Origin: Candidatus Bathyarchaeia archaeon
Lineage (GTDB): Archaea > Thermoproteota > Bathyarchaeia > Bathyarchaeales > Bathycorpusculaceae
Direction: 5' to 3'
Assembly (NCBI GenBank): GCA_049512935.1
Contig: JBEKWR010000007.1
Location: 1-64,000, forward strand
DNA length: 64,000 bases
Shown here: positions 10,098 through 19,201 of the stretch, in pieces
Layout: each line of letters opens with the position of its first letter
Numbering within the stretch: the stretch's first letter is position 1
The notes under the pieces: generated by a model
What the model saw: only the letters and a program-made list of their open reading frames with translations
What the model was told of the DNA's origin: nothing
The model's database searches: none
Program-made: the position numbers and the translations under genes

Positions 10098-10443
10098 GAA
10101 TTGGTTTGTACGTAGGTTTTCGGCTGGCTTCCTGTTTTTTCAAGGAAAACCCAAGTTTTTGAGCTTGGTTTCGGCTCCTAATCAAGAAATCAACCCGAAA
10201 TAAGCGCCAAAGGAGAGCCGCCTTCTCTTGGTGCCGTATTGCTAAGCGGCTAAGCCCATAACTTTTGGAATATTCCAAAAACCCAAAGCAGAAGCCACCT
10301 TTTCCCCGTCACTTCCAACTCAAACCCGCAAAAGAAAAAACCCCAAACCCAAAAAGCAACCCAAAACAAACCCCGAGCAGAAGCCACCTGCCGAGGGAGG
10401 GTACCTCATTTTTACATCAAAATTCCAACACAAAAATGGGTTA
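10098..10443 (+). repeat. dispersed non-coding repeat, copy 1 (18-bp palindrome at 10263-10280)
   Basis: 10351-10443 matches the reverse complement of copy 3 at 90/93 nt; left arm also similar to copy 3. Confidence 0.85.
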
Positions 10444-10473
10444 TGGAATGTTCAAGGTGACCCAGGCGATTCA

Positions 10474-11733
10474 TTATCGGAGAAGCTTCAAAGCCAGATA
10501 GGCGACTAGGAAAAGCACCGCTGTGATGATGAACATGGGAACGTAGTTCAGGTGGAACGCGAGGAAGGGCCCGAAGAAGGCGCCCAACGCTGAGCCTAAA
10601 CTGACCATACCGTCGAAGAGCCCTGCCCTGCCCTGCGGTATAACCTCCATCGACAGGGAAATCATCATAATGTAGTACATGGCGTAGGCGAACCCGATGA
10701 AAATCAGCAAGACGCCCGTCATGATCTTCGGCGACAACCCGAACAGGATGACCCCGACCAAGGCGAAGATGATTATGCTGCGTGAAAGCACGAAACGGGG
10801 CATCTGCTTGCGGATATCCATCGACTGCGCCCGACGGCCGACAAGGAAGTAACCAACCGTTGACCCGACCGAGTTTAAGATGTAAGCAAAGTAAACCCAG
10901 CTCGTCGACAAATGCAAACCTTCCCGCAGAAAAATCGGCAAAGGCGTAAAGAACAAGCTGGTCGCAAGCGCAAACAAAACGATCCCGCAGACGAACCCAG
11001 CGAAACTGTCCTCCTTAAGCGAGCCATCCCAACGTAGCCCATCCATGAGCCTCGCTGAACCCTCGAAACCGCGGTTAGCGGTATTCATCTTCCTCTCGAT
11101 ACCGACGAGGCGCCTCTCAAAAATCATCAGCGGGTCAGTTACCAGCAACATGGCAAGAATCAACCCGACCAAGTTTAGGGCGCTGCAGATGTAGAAGGTG
11201 TAGGTTGAAAGGGCGGAGAAGCTGAACGTTGAGGCGAACAGCAATATGCCCAGGGCTAAGCCAACGATGGTGCCGATTTCGGTGATGCCCTCATAGAACC
11301 CGAAGGTTCTCTCCCAGTTGTTGCGGCTGTAATGCTCGGTAACCAAAACATTCTTGGGGGATTCATGAGCGACATGAAGCATCTGCATCGCCACGTACAA
11401 GCCAACGAAGACGATCAGGTTCTGGGCGAACGGCAAAGTCATGAGGAACAGAATCGTAGCGATGGAGGCAAAGGCGAGGAGGATGAAGATTTTGTAGTGT
11501 CGGGTGGCATCACAGAGATAACCCCACAGGAACGAGGCAGGGATCGAACAGAAAATCGCTATGGAAGTCATCACGCCCAAGGCAAGCAATGGACCGCCCA
11601 ATAGGTGCAGGCTTGAGGTGCTGAAGTGGAATACCAGATAGAGCGGTATGAAAACGGTTAGCAATCCGAAGGCCATGTCATGGAAGAAAAACCCCAACCG
11701 CCACATAGCCAACAGTGCACTCCTAAGTTGCAT
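10474..11733 (-). CDS. MFS transporter
   Basis: About 12 hydrophobic helices, motif-A-like WGYLCDATRHYK. Confidence 0.85.
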   Translation of the reverse strand: MQLRSALLAMWRLGFFFHDMAFGLLTVFIPLYLVFHFSTSSLHLLGGPLLALGVMTSIAIFCSIPASFLWGYLCDATRHYKIFILLAFASIATILFLMTLPFAQNLIVFVGLYVAMQMLHVAHESPKNVLVTEHYSRNNWERTFGFYEGITEIGTIVGLALGILLFASTFSFSALSTYTFYICSALNLVGLILAMLLVTDPLMIFERRLVGIERKMNTANRGFEGSARLMDGLRWDGSLKEDSFAGFVCGIVLFALATSLFFTPLPIFLREGLHLSTSWVYFAYILNSVGSTVGYFLVGRRAQSMDIRKQMPRFVLSRSIIIFALVGVILFGLSPKIMTGVLLIFIGFAYAMYYIMMISLSMEVIPQGRAGLFDGMVSLGSALGAFFGPFLAFHLNYVPMFIITAVLFLVAYLALKLLR

Positions 11734-11855
11734 TAAAGCTTTTGCATGAATAATGCAGAGTTGTTTAAAAAAGCCGCTGCAGGGACGTTTTCCTCATAAA
11801 TCCTTAATAGAGAGATAGCCCAACTTCATACTCCGCTGGAGAGTAAAATCGGCAA

Positions 11856-12260
11856 ATGGCAAAATTCAAGGTAATAGTGTCAGACCCTGAAGCAGGCACA
11901 TCAAAAGTCGTAGAACTTGAAGAAGCACGAGCAGCACCGCTCATCGGCAGAAGACTCGGAGAAACCATAGATGGGTCAGTAGTGGATTTACCAGCCCACA
12001 AAGTCCAATTACTGGGCGGCTCAGACAAAGACGGCGTCCCCATGAGGGGAAACGTTCACGGCGGAGTCCGACGAAACGTCGTGCTCAGCGGCGGAGCAGG
12101 CTTCATCCCGACGAAGAAGGGAGAAAGAAAACGCAAAACAGTCCGCGGCAGCACTATAACAGACGAAATCAGCCAGATCAACATGAAAATCGTCGAGAAA
12201 CCAGGCGCGAAAACCGCGGAAGCAAGGCCTAAACAGCCCGCAAAACCAGCAGCGGTCTAG
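11856..12260 (+). CDS. rps6e: 30S ribosomal protein S6e
   Basis: GGSDKDGVPM, GERKRKTVRG, QINMKI. Confidence 0.97.
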   Translation: MAKFKVIVSDPEAGTSKVVELEEARAAPLIGRRLGETIDGSVVDLPAHKVQLLGGSDKDGVPMRGNVHGGVRRNVVLSGGAGFIPTKKGERKRKTVRGSTITDEISQINMKIVEKPGAKTAEARPKQPAKPAAV

Positions 12261-12341
12261 TAGACTGCATGCTTAAACCTTATAAACTTCCATAGTTCTT
12301 TCATAGTTCATTACATATGTTTATTTGAAGAAGAGAAAAAC

Positions 12342-13592
12342 ATGAGTGACGCGACAAAAGCCCTGCCTAAGCAGCCAGAAGTCAACGTTGGCACAATAGG
12401 TCACGTAGACCACGGGAAAACAACTTTGGTGCAAGCGTTAACTGGCACGTGGGCTTCTAGACACAGCGAAGAACTGAAAAGAGGCATCACCATCAAACTG
12501 GGCTACGCGGACATGCCCATCTACAAGTGCCCCAAATGCGAGCCGCCCAACAACTACACGCATAAACCCTTCTGCGAAAAATGCAATTCACCCGCAGAAT
12601 TCGTTCGAGCCATAAGTTTCGTCGACGCCCCAGGACACGAAGCCTTAATGGCCACGATGCTCTCGGGCGCAGCGATAATGGACGGCGCCATCCTGGTTAT
12701 TGCAGCCGACGAGCCGTGCCCTCAACCGCAGACAAGAGAGCACCTTGCAGCCGCCGAAGTCAGCGGCATCAAAAACTTGATTATTGTCCAGAACAAAATT
12801 GACATTGTAGACCAAAAAAGGGCGCTGGAAAGCTACAATGAAATCAAAAACTTCACCAAAGGCACAGTAGCTGAGAAAGCGCCGATTATCCCGATATCCG
12901 CTCAACGCGGCATAAACATTGACGTCCTGATCAACGCTATCGAAACAGTCATTCCCACCCCGAAAAGAGACGAAACCAAACCGCCGCTCATGTACGTTAT
13001 CCGCTCCTTTGACGTTAACAAGCCAGGAACCCTCATCGACAACATAGAGGGCGGCATAATCGGCGGAACCATAGCGCAGGGAAAATTTGTCGTGGGAGAG
13101 GAAATCGAGATCCGCCCTGGAATCAGCGTTGAAAGAGAAGGCAAAACCGTCTATGACCCGCTTATCAGCGAAATAGTCAGCTTGCACGCGGGCGAGGCGA
13201 GCGTGAAGGAAGCCACGTGCGGAGGATTAGTCGGCGTAGGAACCCTACTTGATCCGTCATACTCAAAGGCGGATGGGTTAACGGGAAGCATCGCTGGAAA
13301 AGTAGGAATGCTCCCGCCAACGCAAACTGAACTCACTTTAGAAACTTACGTGCTAGAACGAGCAGTAGGAACAAAAGAACTCTTGAAAGTCGAAAAATTC
13401 AACCCCGACGAAGTTCTGCTGCTTCACATTGGCTCGGCTGTAAATGTTGGAAAAATCATCGCTATAAAACAAAACGTGATAAAAGTAAAGTTGACTAGAC
13501 CAGTCTGCGCGTTACCTGGTTCAAGAGTCGCGATAAGCAGAAAAATAACTGCCCGGTGGAGACTCATCGGACACGGACTCATAGTGAAGTAA
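12342..13592 (+). CDS. eif2g: translation initiation factor 2 subunit gamma
   Basis: GHVDHGKTT, EELKRGITIKLGYA, DAPGH, NKID, WRLIG. Confidence 0.98.
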   Translation: MSDATKALPKQPEVNVGTIGHVDHGKTTLVQALTGTWASRHSEELKRGITIKLGYADMPIYKCPKCEPPNNYTHKPFCEKCNSPAEFVRAISFVDAPGHEALMATMLSGAAIMDGAILVIAADEPCPQPQTREHLAAAEVSGIKNLIIVQNKIDIVDQKRALESYNEIKNFTKGTVAEKAPIIPISAQRGINIDVLINAIETVIPTPKRDETKPPLMYVIRSFDVNKPGTLIDNIEGGIIGGTIAQGKFVVGEEIEIRPGISVEREGKTVYDPLISEIVSLHAGEASVKEATCGGLVGVGTLLDPSYSKADGLTGSIAGKVGMLPPTQTELTLETYVLERAVGTKELLKVEKFNPDEVLLLHIGSAVNVGKIIAIKQNVIKVKLTRPVCALPGSRVAISRKITARWRLIGHGLIVK

Positions 13593-13599
13593 GCGCGGT

Positions 13600-14037
13600 T
13601 TACTCTTCAGGTTTTGTTAGACCTTGTCTCTTTAGAAAGTCATGCGCCTTCATCAGCACGTCTTTTGAGTTCTTAAAAGTCAATTTTTCCAATGCATGCT
13701 GGTAATCCAGCCACACGTAGCCGACGTGCTCAAACGACAACTGGACCTTATCAGTGTACGATTCCATCAGAAAAAACACGACTTCCTTATGAATTGTTAC
13801 GCCTTGCCGCCTGTAAAAGTAGGCGATCTCCTCCCTGAACCCCTCTAAGAACTGCGCCCCCGTTATGCTTGTTTCCTCTTGCAGTTCGCGCACGACAGTT
13901 TGCTTCTCACTTTCGTTGGGTTCAACGTTGCCCTTAACAAAATCCCAATGCCCAGCCGCGTAGTTCAGAAGAATGTATTTTGCGTCATCGCCATCTCTAA
14001 TGAATACTACAGCGCCACACGATTTCTCGCGAAGCAT
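13600..14037 (-). CDS. Nudix hydrolase (Ap4A hydrolase-like)
   Basis: Nudix box GNVEPNESEKQTVVRELQEETS; SCGAVV; LSFEH. Confidence 0.92.
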   Translation of the reverse strand: MLREKSCGAVVFIRDGDDAKYILLNYAAGHWDFVKGNVEPNESEKQTVVRELQEETSITGAQFLEGFREEIAYFYRRQGVTIHKEVVFFLMESYTDKVQLSFEHVGYVWLDYQHALEKLTFKNSKDVLMKAHDFLKRQGLTKPEE

Positions 14038-14195
14038 ACATTCACCTGATTGCTGCTCACTTCATTTGCTCAAGGTATTTAAACTCATAGTAACTTCAAG
14101 GCTAAACTGCACCTGCAAAGCGAAAGGAAACGGGAAGAACAAAACGTTTAAGCAACCAAAAAACAATCTTTCCAAGAATCAGGAGCCACTTCAAA

Positions 14196-14618
14196 GTGCC
14201 GAACGCACCTAAATCAAACGAAGCGTTAAAAGTTATTTTGGATTCAAACGCGTTTTTTGTCCCGCTCAAGTTGAAAATCGACATTTTTGAGGAAACCAGG
14301 CGCTTGCTGAACAGAAATCTTGATTTTGTCCTGCTTTCACCCGTGAAACATGAGCTTGAGCTGCTTGCAGCCAAGGATTCGCCTAAAATCCGCAGAGAAG
14401 CCATGTACGCGTTGAAGCTTGCCGAGAAATGCAGGCTTGTTGCGGTAGAAAACTCTGAAAAGTTGTCAACAGACGACGTAATAGTTAAAGTTGCTAAGGC
14501 TTGGAATTCACCCGTGTTCACCAACGATAGGCAGCTGCGACGTAGGCTAAGAGATATAAGTGTGCCAGTGGTTTATGTGAGACAAAAATCGCGCCTAGAG
14601 ATTGACGGATTGATATAA
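14196..14618 (+). CDS. PIN-domain protein (Fcf1/Utp24-like)
   Basis: VILDSN, ELE, TDD, VFTND; conserved position before rpo7. Confidence 0.9.
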   Translation: MPNAPKSNEALKVILDSNAFFVPLKLKIDIFEETRRLLNRNLDFVLLSPVKHELELLAAKDSPKIRREAMYALKLAEKCRLVAVENSEKLSTDDVIVKVAKAWNSPVFTNDRQLRRRLRDISVPVVYVRQKSRLEIDGLI

Positions 14619-14619
14619 C

Positions 14620-15207
14620 ATGTTTAAGCTCATAACTCTTCAGGATACTATCCGCATTCCTCCAGAAACTTTCGGGAACCCTCTTGAAAAGGTAGGCCGT
14701 GAACAGGTTAAACAGAAGTATGAGGGCGTTGTAGATGAGGAATTAGGATACGTAATCGCCGTTACCAGCATAGAAGTCAGCCCCATCGGAAAAATTATTC
14801 CAGGCGACGGCGCAACCTATCATAAAGTGAAATTCTCACTGTTGACTTTCTACCCAGTAATCCAAGAAATCGTCGAAGGCGACGTGGTTGAAATCGCGGA
14901 CTTCGGAGCTTTCCTGCGAATAGGACCAGTAGACGCGTTGCTCCACGTTTCCCAACTCATGGACGACTACATTTCTTACGATGAAAAACAGGGAGTCCTG
15001 CTGGGAAAAGAAACCAAACGGAAACTGCAAGCTGGCGATCAAGTGCGAGTGAGGATAACCGCAGTCTCCCTTGGCCGAGCAGGCAGCTCAGGAAAAATCG
15101 GCGTGACAGCCAGGCAGCCATTCCTCGGTAAACTTGACTGGCTAAAGGAACCTCTTGGGGCTCAGCCTGAAAAGAAGCAAGCAGAAAGCAAGGAAAAAGC
15201 AGCGTAA
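14620..15207 (+). CDS. rpo7: RNA polymerase subunit Rpo7 (E')
   Basis: RIPPETFG, GKIIPGDGATY, FGAFLRIGPVDALLHVSQ, RQPFLGK. Confidence 0.97.
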   Translation: MFKLITLQDTIRIPPETFGNPLEKVGREQVKQKYEGVVDEELGYVIAVTSIEVSPIGKIIPGDGATYHKVKFSLLTFYPVIQEIVEGDVVEIADFGAFLRIGPVDALLHVSQLMDDYISYDEKQGVLLGKETKRKLQAGDQVRVRITAVSLGRAGSSGKIGVTARQPFLGKLDWLKEPLGAQPEKKQAESKEKAA

Positions 15208-15218
15208 ACAGGAGTGAA

Positions 15219-15410
15219 TTGGAATTGAGTGAGAAATCATGTGCCAACTGCCATTTCATAACGAAAGAAAATGTTTGCCCCAAATGCAGGTCGACAAGCT
15301 TCAGCGAGGACTACGGCGGCTTAGTCGTCATGTTCGACCCTGAAACTTCAGCCATTGCCAAAGCCATGAACATAAAAGAGAAAGGCAGATACGCGCTAAA
15401 AGTTCGCTAA
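15219..15410 (+). CDS. spt4: transcription elongation factor Spt4 (RpoE'')
   Basis: CANC/CPKC zinc ribbon, SAIAKAM, GRYALKVR. Confidence 0.95.
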   Translation: MELSEKSCANCHFITKENVCPKCRSTSFSEDYGGLVVMFDPETSAIAKAMNIKEKGRYALKVR

Positions 15411-15484
15411 GCAACCTTTACGGCAGCAAGGTAACCCCCCCCCCTTAAAGACCCAAACTTTTCGGGTCAACTTGGTTTGAAAAT

Positions 15485-16033
15485 ATGACGGTAGAATACA
15501 CTTTAACGCCGAAACTCCGCGTCAAACTCAAAGAACCATTCGGCACCCTGATTCAAGGCTCACCTGAAGAAACCATGGGTAAAATGCGAGAGTTTATCGA
15601 AAAGGAGAAACCGCCAAAGATAATTTCTGTCGGGGACGTGGTTTCCCGCAACCTTCACGAACACCGCATTCACCCGCAGATTTCGATCATTGACAACAAA
15701 TCTCTTAGGAATCAAGCCTTAGAGGAAACGTTGACAGCCGAAAAAACGGTCCATGTCATTAATCCTCAAGGAACGATAACCAAAGAAGCTATCGCGGCGG
15801 TTAAGGATGCCATAGACAAAAATGAACACACCCACATCGTCGTTGAAGGCGAAGAAGATTTACTTGCGCTGATAGCTGTTCTGTATGCCCCGAAAAAGGC
15901 GGTTGTCGTTTACGGGCAGCCTTACACGGGAATCGTCGTTGTCCAAGTTACGTCGCGTAAAAAGGCTCAGGCTGAAAAACTCCTAAAATCCATGAAACCC
16001 CTCGAAAAGCTAAATAAGAAGAAAACTGTATGA
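15485..16033 (+). CDS. GTP-dependent dephospho-CoA kinase (DUF359)
   Basis: LKEPFG, SVGDVVS, NPQGTIT, VEGEEDLL, YGQP. Confidence 0.92.
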   Translation: MTVEYTLTPKLRVKLKEPFGTLIQGSPEETMGKMREFIEKEKPPKIISVGDVVSRNLHEHRIHPQISIIDNKSLRNQALEETLTAEKTVHVINPQGTITKEAIAAVKDAIDKNEHTHIVVEGEEDLLALIAVLYAPKKAVVVYGQPYTGIVVVQVTSRKKAQAEKLLKSMKPLEKLNKKKTV

Positions 16034-16057
16034 ACTTACCGCCTTAAGTGAACATTT

Positions 16058-16369
16058 ATGCAAATCAAGATAGAATCAACCAAGGATAACACGCTTCTGA
16101 AACGAAAAGAAGTGGCCTTCACCATCATTCAAGGTCCAAAAGAGAAGACGCCTCCGAGGCTACAGGTCAAAAGCGCCTTAGCCGCAGAGATGAAAATCGG
16201 TGATGACGTGGTTTTCATCAAGAAGATGCGCACAAAAACAGGAACAAACATCACGCTGGGCGTTGCCAACGTCTACCAGAAAGTTGGGCAAGCCAAACTG
16301 GTTGAGCCTGAATACATCAGGAAACGCAACAGTCCACCCGAGAAACCTAAAGAAGAGGCGACCGCATAA
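16058..16369 (+). CDS. rps24e: 30S ribosomal protein S24e
   Basis: NTLLKRKE, TPPR, EPEYIRKRN; synteny. Confidence 0.93.
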   Translation: MQIKIESTKDNTLLKRKEVAFTIIQGPKEKTPPRLQVKSALAAEMKIGDDVVFIKKMRTKTGTNITLGVANVYQKVGQAKLVEPEYIRKRNSPPEKPKEEATA

Positions 16370-16662
16370 TGTCAAAAAAACCGCCAGCGCCACCAGCAAA
16401 GAAAGAAGAGCCAAAGGCAGCGGCGCCAGCAGCCCCTGCAGAAGCCGCCGCGCCAGCGCCAGCGAAAAAAGCTGAGAAAGGAAAACGGCAAAAGAAGCAC
16501 AAAGAGGAAAAAGGAGTCCGCGCAATGTACAAGGTGGAAGGCGACAAAGTCTCCAAAGCACGACCAACCTGCGAACGCTGCGGACCGGGATATTTCATGG
16601 CAGACCACCATGACAGGTACACCTGCGGTCACTGCGGGTTCACACGGTACAAGCAGAAATAA
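16369..16662 (+). CDS. rps27ae: 30S ribosomal protein S27ae with Ala/Pro/Lys-rich N-extension
   Basis: CERCGPGYFMADHHDRYTCGHCG. Confidence 0.95.
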   Translation: MSKKPPAPPAKKEEPKAAAPAAPAEAAAPAPAKKAEKGKRQKKHKEEKGVRAMYKVEGDKVSKARPTCERCGPGYFMADHHDRYTCGHCGFTRYKQK

Positions 16663-16707
16663 GCAGTTTTAAATCCTGCTTGAACGATTAGGTTCTGGTG
16701 ACCTTAA

Positions 16708-17136
16708 ATGCTTAGAGTGAACGTTGTGTTAACAAGCATTTCTGCTGAACGCTTCTGGGACATAAGAAAACCCCTTCCACCAATCCAAATCAACACCAAC
16801 ATCAACATTGTCGGGATGGAGAAGAAGCCAGATGAATCCTTGGAGGTGCCGTTTGTTCTTTCAATCACGTTTAACCCGTCCATTGCCCAGATGAGCCTCA
16901 AAGGAATCGCGTACGCTTCCGGCGAGAAAGGCGAAGCCGACAAAGTGCTAAAGGACTACGAGCAAAAGAAGCCTCCAGCGCAAATAATAATCCAATCAAT
17001 ATCAAACGTCGTCTTCATCGAGTCAGTGCTCATCTCCAGAATACTGAACATTCCACCGCCGATCCCGCTGCCACAGATCTCCGAAACAGGAAAACCCCCA
17101 AGCACCAAACCAGAAGGAAGAGACTACAGCCAATAG
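16708..17136 (+). CDS. conserved archaeal hypothetical protein
   Basis: 142-aa ORF ending LNIPPPIPLP, co-oriented with the operon. Confidence 0.8.
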   Translation: MLRVNVVLTSISAERFWDIRKPLPPIQINTNINIVGMEKKPDESLEVPFVLSITFNPSIAQMSLKGIAYASGEKGEADKVLKDYEQKKPPAQIIIQSISNVVFIESVLISRILNIPPPIPLPQISETGKPPSTKPEGRDYSQ

Positions 17137-17144
17137 CAGCCGTT

Positions 17145-17195
17145 CCTATCCGGCCGATGAGACCCGCACTTGTGGGTTTGTTGCATCAGGATAGG
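17145..17195. other. stem-loop between convergent genes at left island edge
   Basis: CCTATCC/GGATAGG outer stem, GATG/CATC, and ACCCGC/GTGGGT inner stem. Confidence 0.45.
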
Positions 17196-17226
17196 GTTTC
17201 GTTCTTTGAGTGCTTGAAAATTGTTC

Positions 17227-17733
17227 TTACCGTAGAGTTGGCCAGCCGCCGTAATTTTTAACTATGTCAGGGAAATGAAGTTTTTTGCCTGGTGTTTTGT
17301 AGTGAGCTGGGATATGGCCAGCAACGCATTTGCTGTTTGCCTCCTTGGCAAGATTAGGGTGAGTTTTCAGGTAAGCCTTGAAGACTATTTGATTGTAATC
17401 GTTATTTTCTCTAACGAATGGTGTTTTGCCAGGACCCATGAAGACGACTTCTATTTTGCCATCAACGAACAATAAATCTTCCCAGTATTTGTGATTCCAA
17501 CCCCACCGTGTAAGAACTCTATCTGTAGAACCAGTGGCAGCGTTCTCTAATCTGACTGGCTCATAATCCTCCTTGAGTAACGGGGTCTCCGACCAATAAT
17601 ACCAGTAATCAATGTCTTGTTTTCCTTTTTCGAAAAAGACCACTGGTTTACTATTGGGGTTGAAGTAGATAGTCGGAGCTGCGTTTTGCTCTAGTGACAG
17701 CTGTTTTTGCCTCCTTTTTCTTAGCGTCAGCAA
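17227..17733 (-). CDS. hypothetical protein
   Basis: 168-aa ORF, aromatic-rich, overlapping the end of the upstream RHH gene. Confidence 0.55.
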   Translation of the reverse strand: MLTLRKRRQKQLSLEQNAAPTIYFNPNSKPVVFFEKGKQDIDYWYYWSETPLLKEDYEPVRLENAATGSTDRVLTRWGWNHKYWEDLLFVDGKIEVVFMGPGKTPFVRENNDYNQIVFKAYLKTHPNLAKEANSKCVAGHIPAHYKTPGKKLHFPDIVKNYGGWPTLR

Positions 17734-18214
17734 GCCCTTTGTAAGCTTCGGTTAAGAAATTCAGGTTTTCAATTAATTCAAATTCCTTAAACGCCTTCTC
17801 CAATTCGGTTTCGCTGCATGTTTCTCCTGCAAGTTTCCTTAAAGCAGATAGGCAATCAACAAAAACAATGTTTAGTGCCCTGATACTGTCAATAAATGCC
17901 TCATCTTCATCATTGACTAGAGCAATAGACATTCTTAGCGTTATTATGTCTGAAGCTATTTTCAACTGCTCAATTGCAGGAACCAATTGATATTCTTGGG
18001 TTCTTTCGTTTGCAACAGCTATATACTTGGAGATTTCATTAAGAAGCCGATAATCTGCCATTGGCGAAATTCTCTGTTGCCCGGCAAATAACAGGGTAAC
18101 TGCGGTTCGAATTGCCTCCGCTTCGCTTGCAAAACATCCGCTTTCTATGTATTTTTTCAATAAAGAATCCAGCCCTATGGGCAGGTTAACATGCTTTTTG
18201 ACCATAACGCTCAT
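17651..18214 (-). CDS. ribbon-helix-helix (CopG/ParD-like) protein with helical C-terminal domain
   Basis: HVNLPIGLDSLLKKYIESGCFASEAEAIRTAV is a typical RHH pattern; likely start at 18214. Confidence 0.7.
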   Translation of the reverse strand: MSVMVKKHVNLPIGLDSLLKKYIESGCFASEAEAIRTAVTLLFAGQQRISPMADYRLLNEISKYIAVANERTQEYQLVPAIEQLKIASDIITLRMSIALVNDEDEAFIDSIRALNIVFVDCLSALRKLAGETCSETELEKAFKEFELIENLNFLTEAYKGLADAKKKEAKTAVTRAKRSSDYLLQPQ

Positions 18215-18664
18215 AAAGCACCATCTTTTTTCGCATATAGTATACCTGTAGAGGTACCTCATAAAGGTTTTTCCCAAAATTAAAAAACTTCATCGAAAAT
18301 CTTCAACCCACTTGCAAGTGATAAAAGAACTTGATTTCAGAAAAAGACAAAAAACGAAAAACCTTGTGAGAACTTAAATCGGGCTGGCAATAAGTTTTGT
18401 GTGTTCGATAAGACCACTGAGGGGCAAGAAGAAAGGGGCGATTTCCAACCAGGTATGTGTCCTTTGCTCCCCGAGTCAATGCGTAACGACTTCATTAACG
18501 AGGTGAACAAAGAAGGCTTTTTCATTTCAAAGCGTTGGAAGGGCTAGAATGCCGTATGGCTTTTGCGCATTTATTAACATTAGGCAAGAGCGGAGCGAGC
18601 ACGCAAGCGGGAGCGCAGCATAGGTGAAGGAAGCGCGCGCTCGAAGTCTTGCCATAGTTTGAGG

Positions 18665-19201
18665 TCAGGCATTGTCAATACATTGCCTCAAGAACCTATC
18701 AAGAGACCTGTTCCGTTGCCTTGCTTTGACAAGGTCAAAGTGTAGCAAGAACAATTGGTAATATTCTGTCTCCGTCATATTCGTTGGTTTTAGACTGAGA
18801 AAAACTCCTTTAGTAACATCATTAGTTTGTGGAAAGTCTTCCTCGGATATGCCAATTTTTGCTGCACTGCGAGGACTGAGACCAGCAAGGTACCAACTTT
18901 CAATTTCTATGACAACCACATGTATCTCTTCGTCTAATAACTGAATCCATGTTTTTCTAAGCACACTTTTGGCTTCTCTGAAACATCTTACGTTATCAAA
19001 ATCGTGAAGAAATAAACAAGTTCCCTCGGAGTGTGCCGTGTCAATAAATTTCGAGGTAATCTCCTTTTTGACCTTTTGATATCTCCAAGGATGAATTATC
19101 CGATATTTCATGCTTAACAATGGATACAAAATGGAGCTGTAAAACCTAATGTCATTATCGCCCTCAAGCAGGATGTAAGCGCGCTCACGCATTGCTTTCA
19201 C
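18665..19201 (-). CDS. TOPRIM-like nuclease partner (DUF4276/RloB-like)
   Basis: ILLEGDND, LHDFD (DxD), EIESWYLAG, RNRSLDRF; overlaps ATPase stop. Confidence 0.75.
   Translation of the reverse strand: MKAMRERAYILLEGDNDIRFYSSILYPLLSMKYRIIHPWRYQKVKKEITSKFIDTAHSEGTCLFLHDFDNVRCFREAKSVLRKTWIQLLDEEIHVVVIEIESWYLAGLSPRSAAKIGISEEDFPQTNDVTKGVFLSLKPTNMTETEYYQLFLLHFDLVKARQRNRSLDRFLRQCIDNA

Noticed and set aside
10265-10501. MEYSK... ORFs at 10265, 10278(-), 23357 and 27314(-) as a small protein family
   Set aside because: They arise from the TTG inside the palindrome on both strands; the conserved DNA is read in different frames in different copies, so conservation is non-coding.
15435-15444. C10 homopolymer as a phase-variation switch
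   Set aside because: Intergenic within a housekeeping operon; no frame affected and no evidence of length variation.
16369-16480. Ala/Pro/Lys-rich N-terminus of S27ae as a ubiquitin-like fusion
   Set aside because: Low-complexity linker without beta-grasp pattern or GG motif.
17153-17185. Hammerhead ribozyme or H/ACA RNA
   Set aside because: CCGATGA is not CUGAUGA, no GAAA follows the stem, and there is no ACA tail on either strand.
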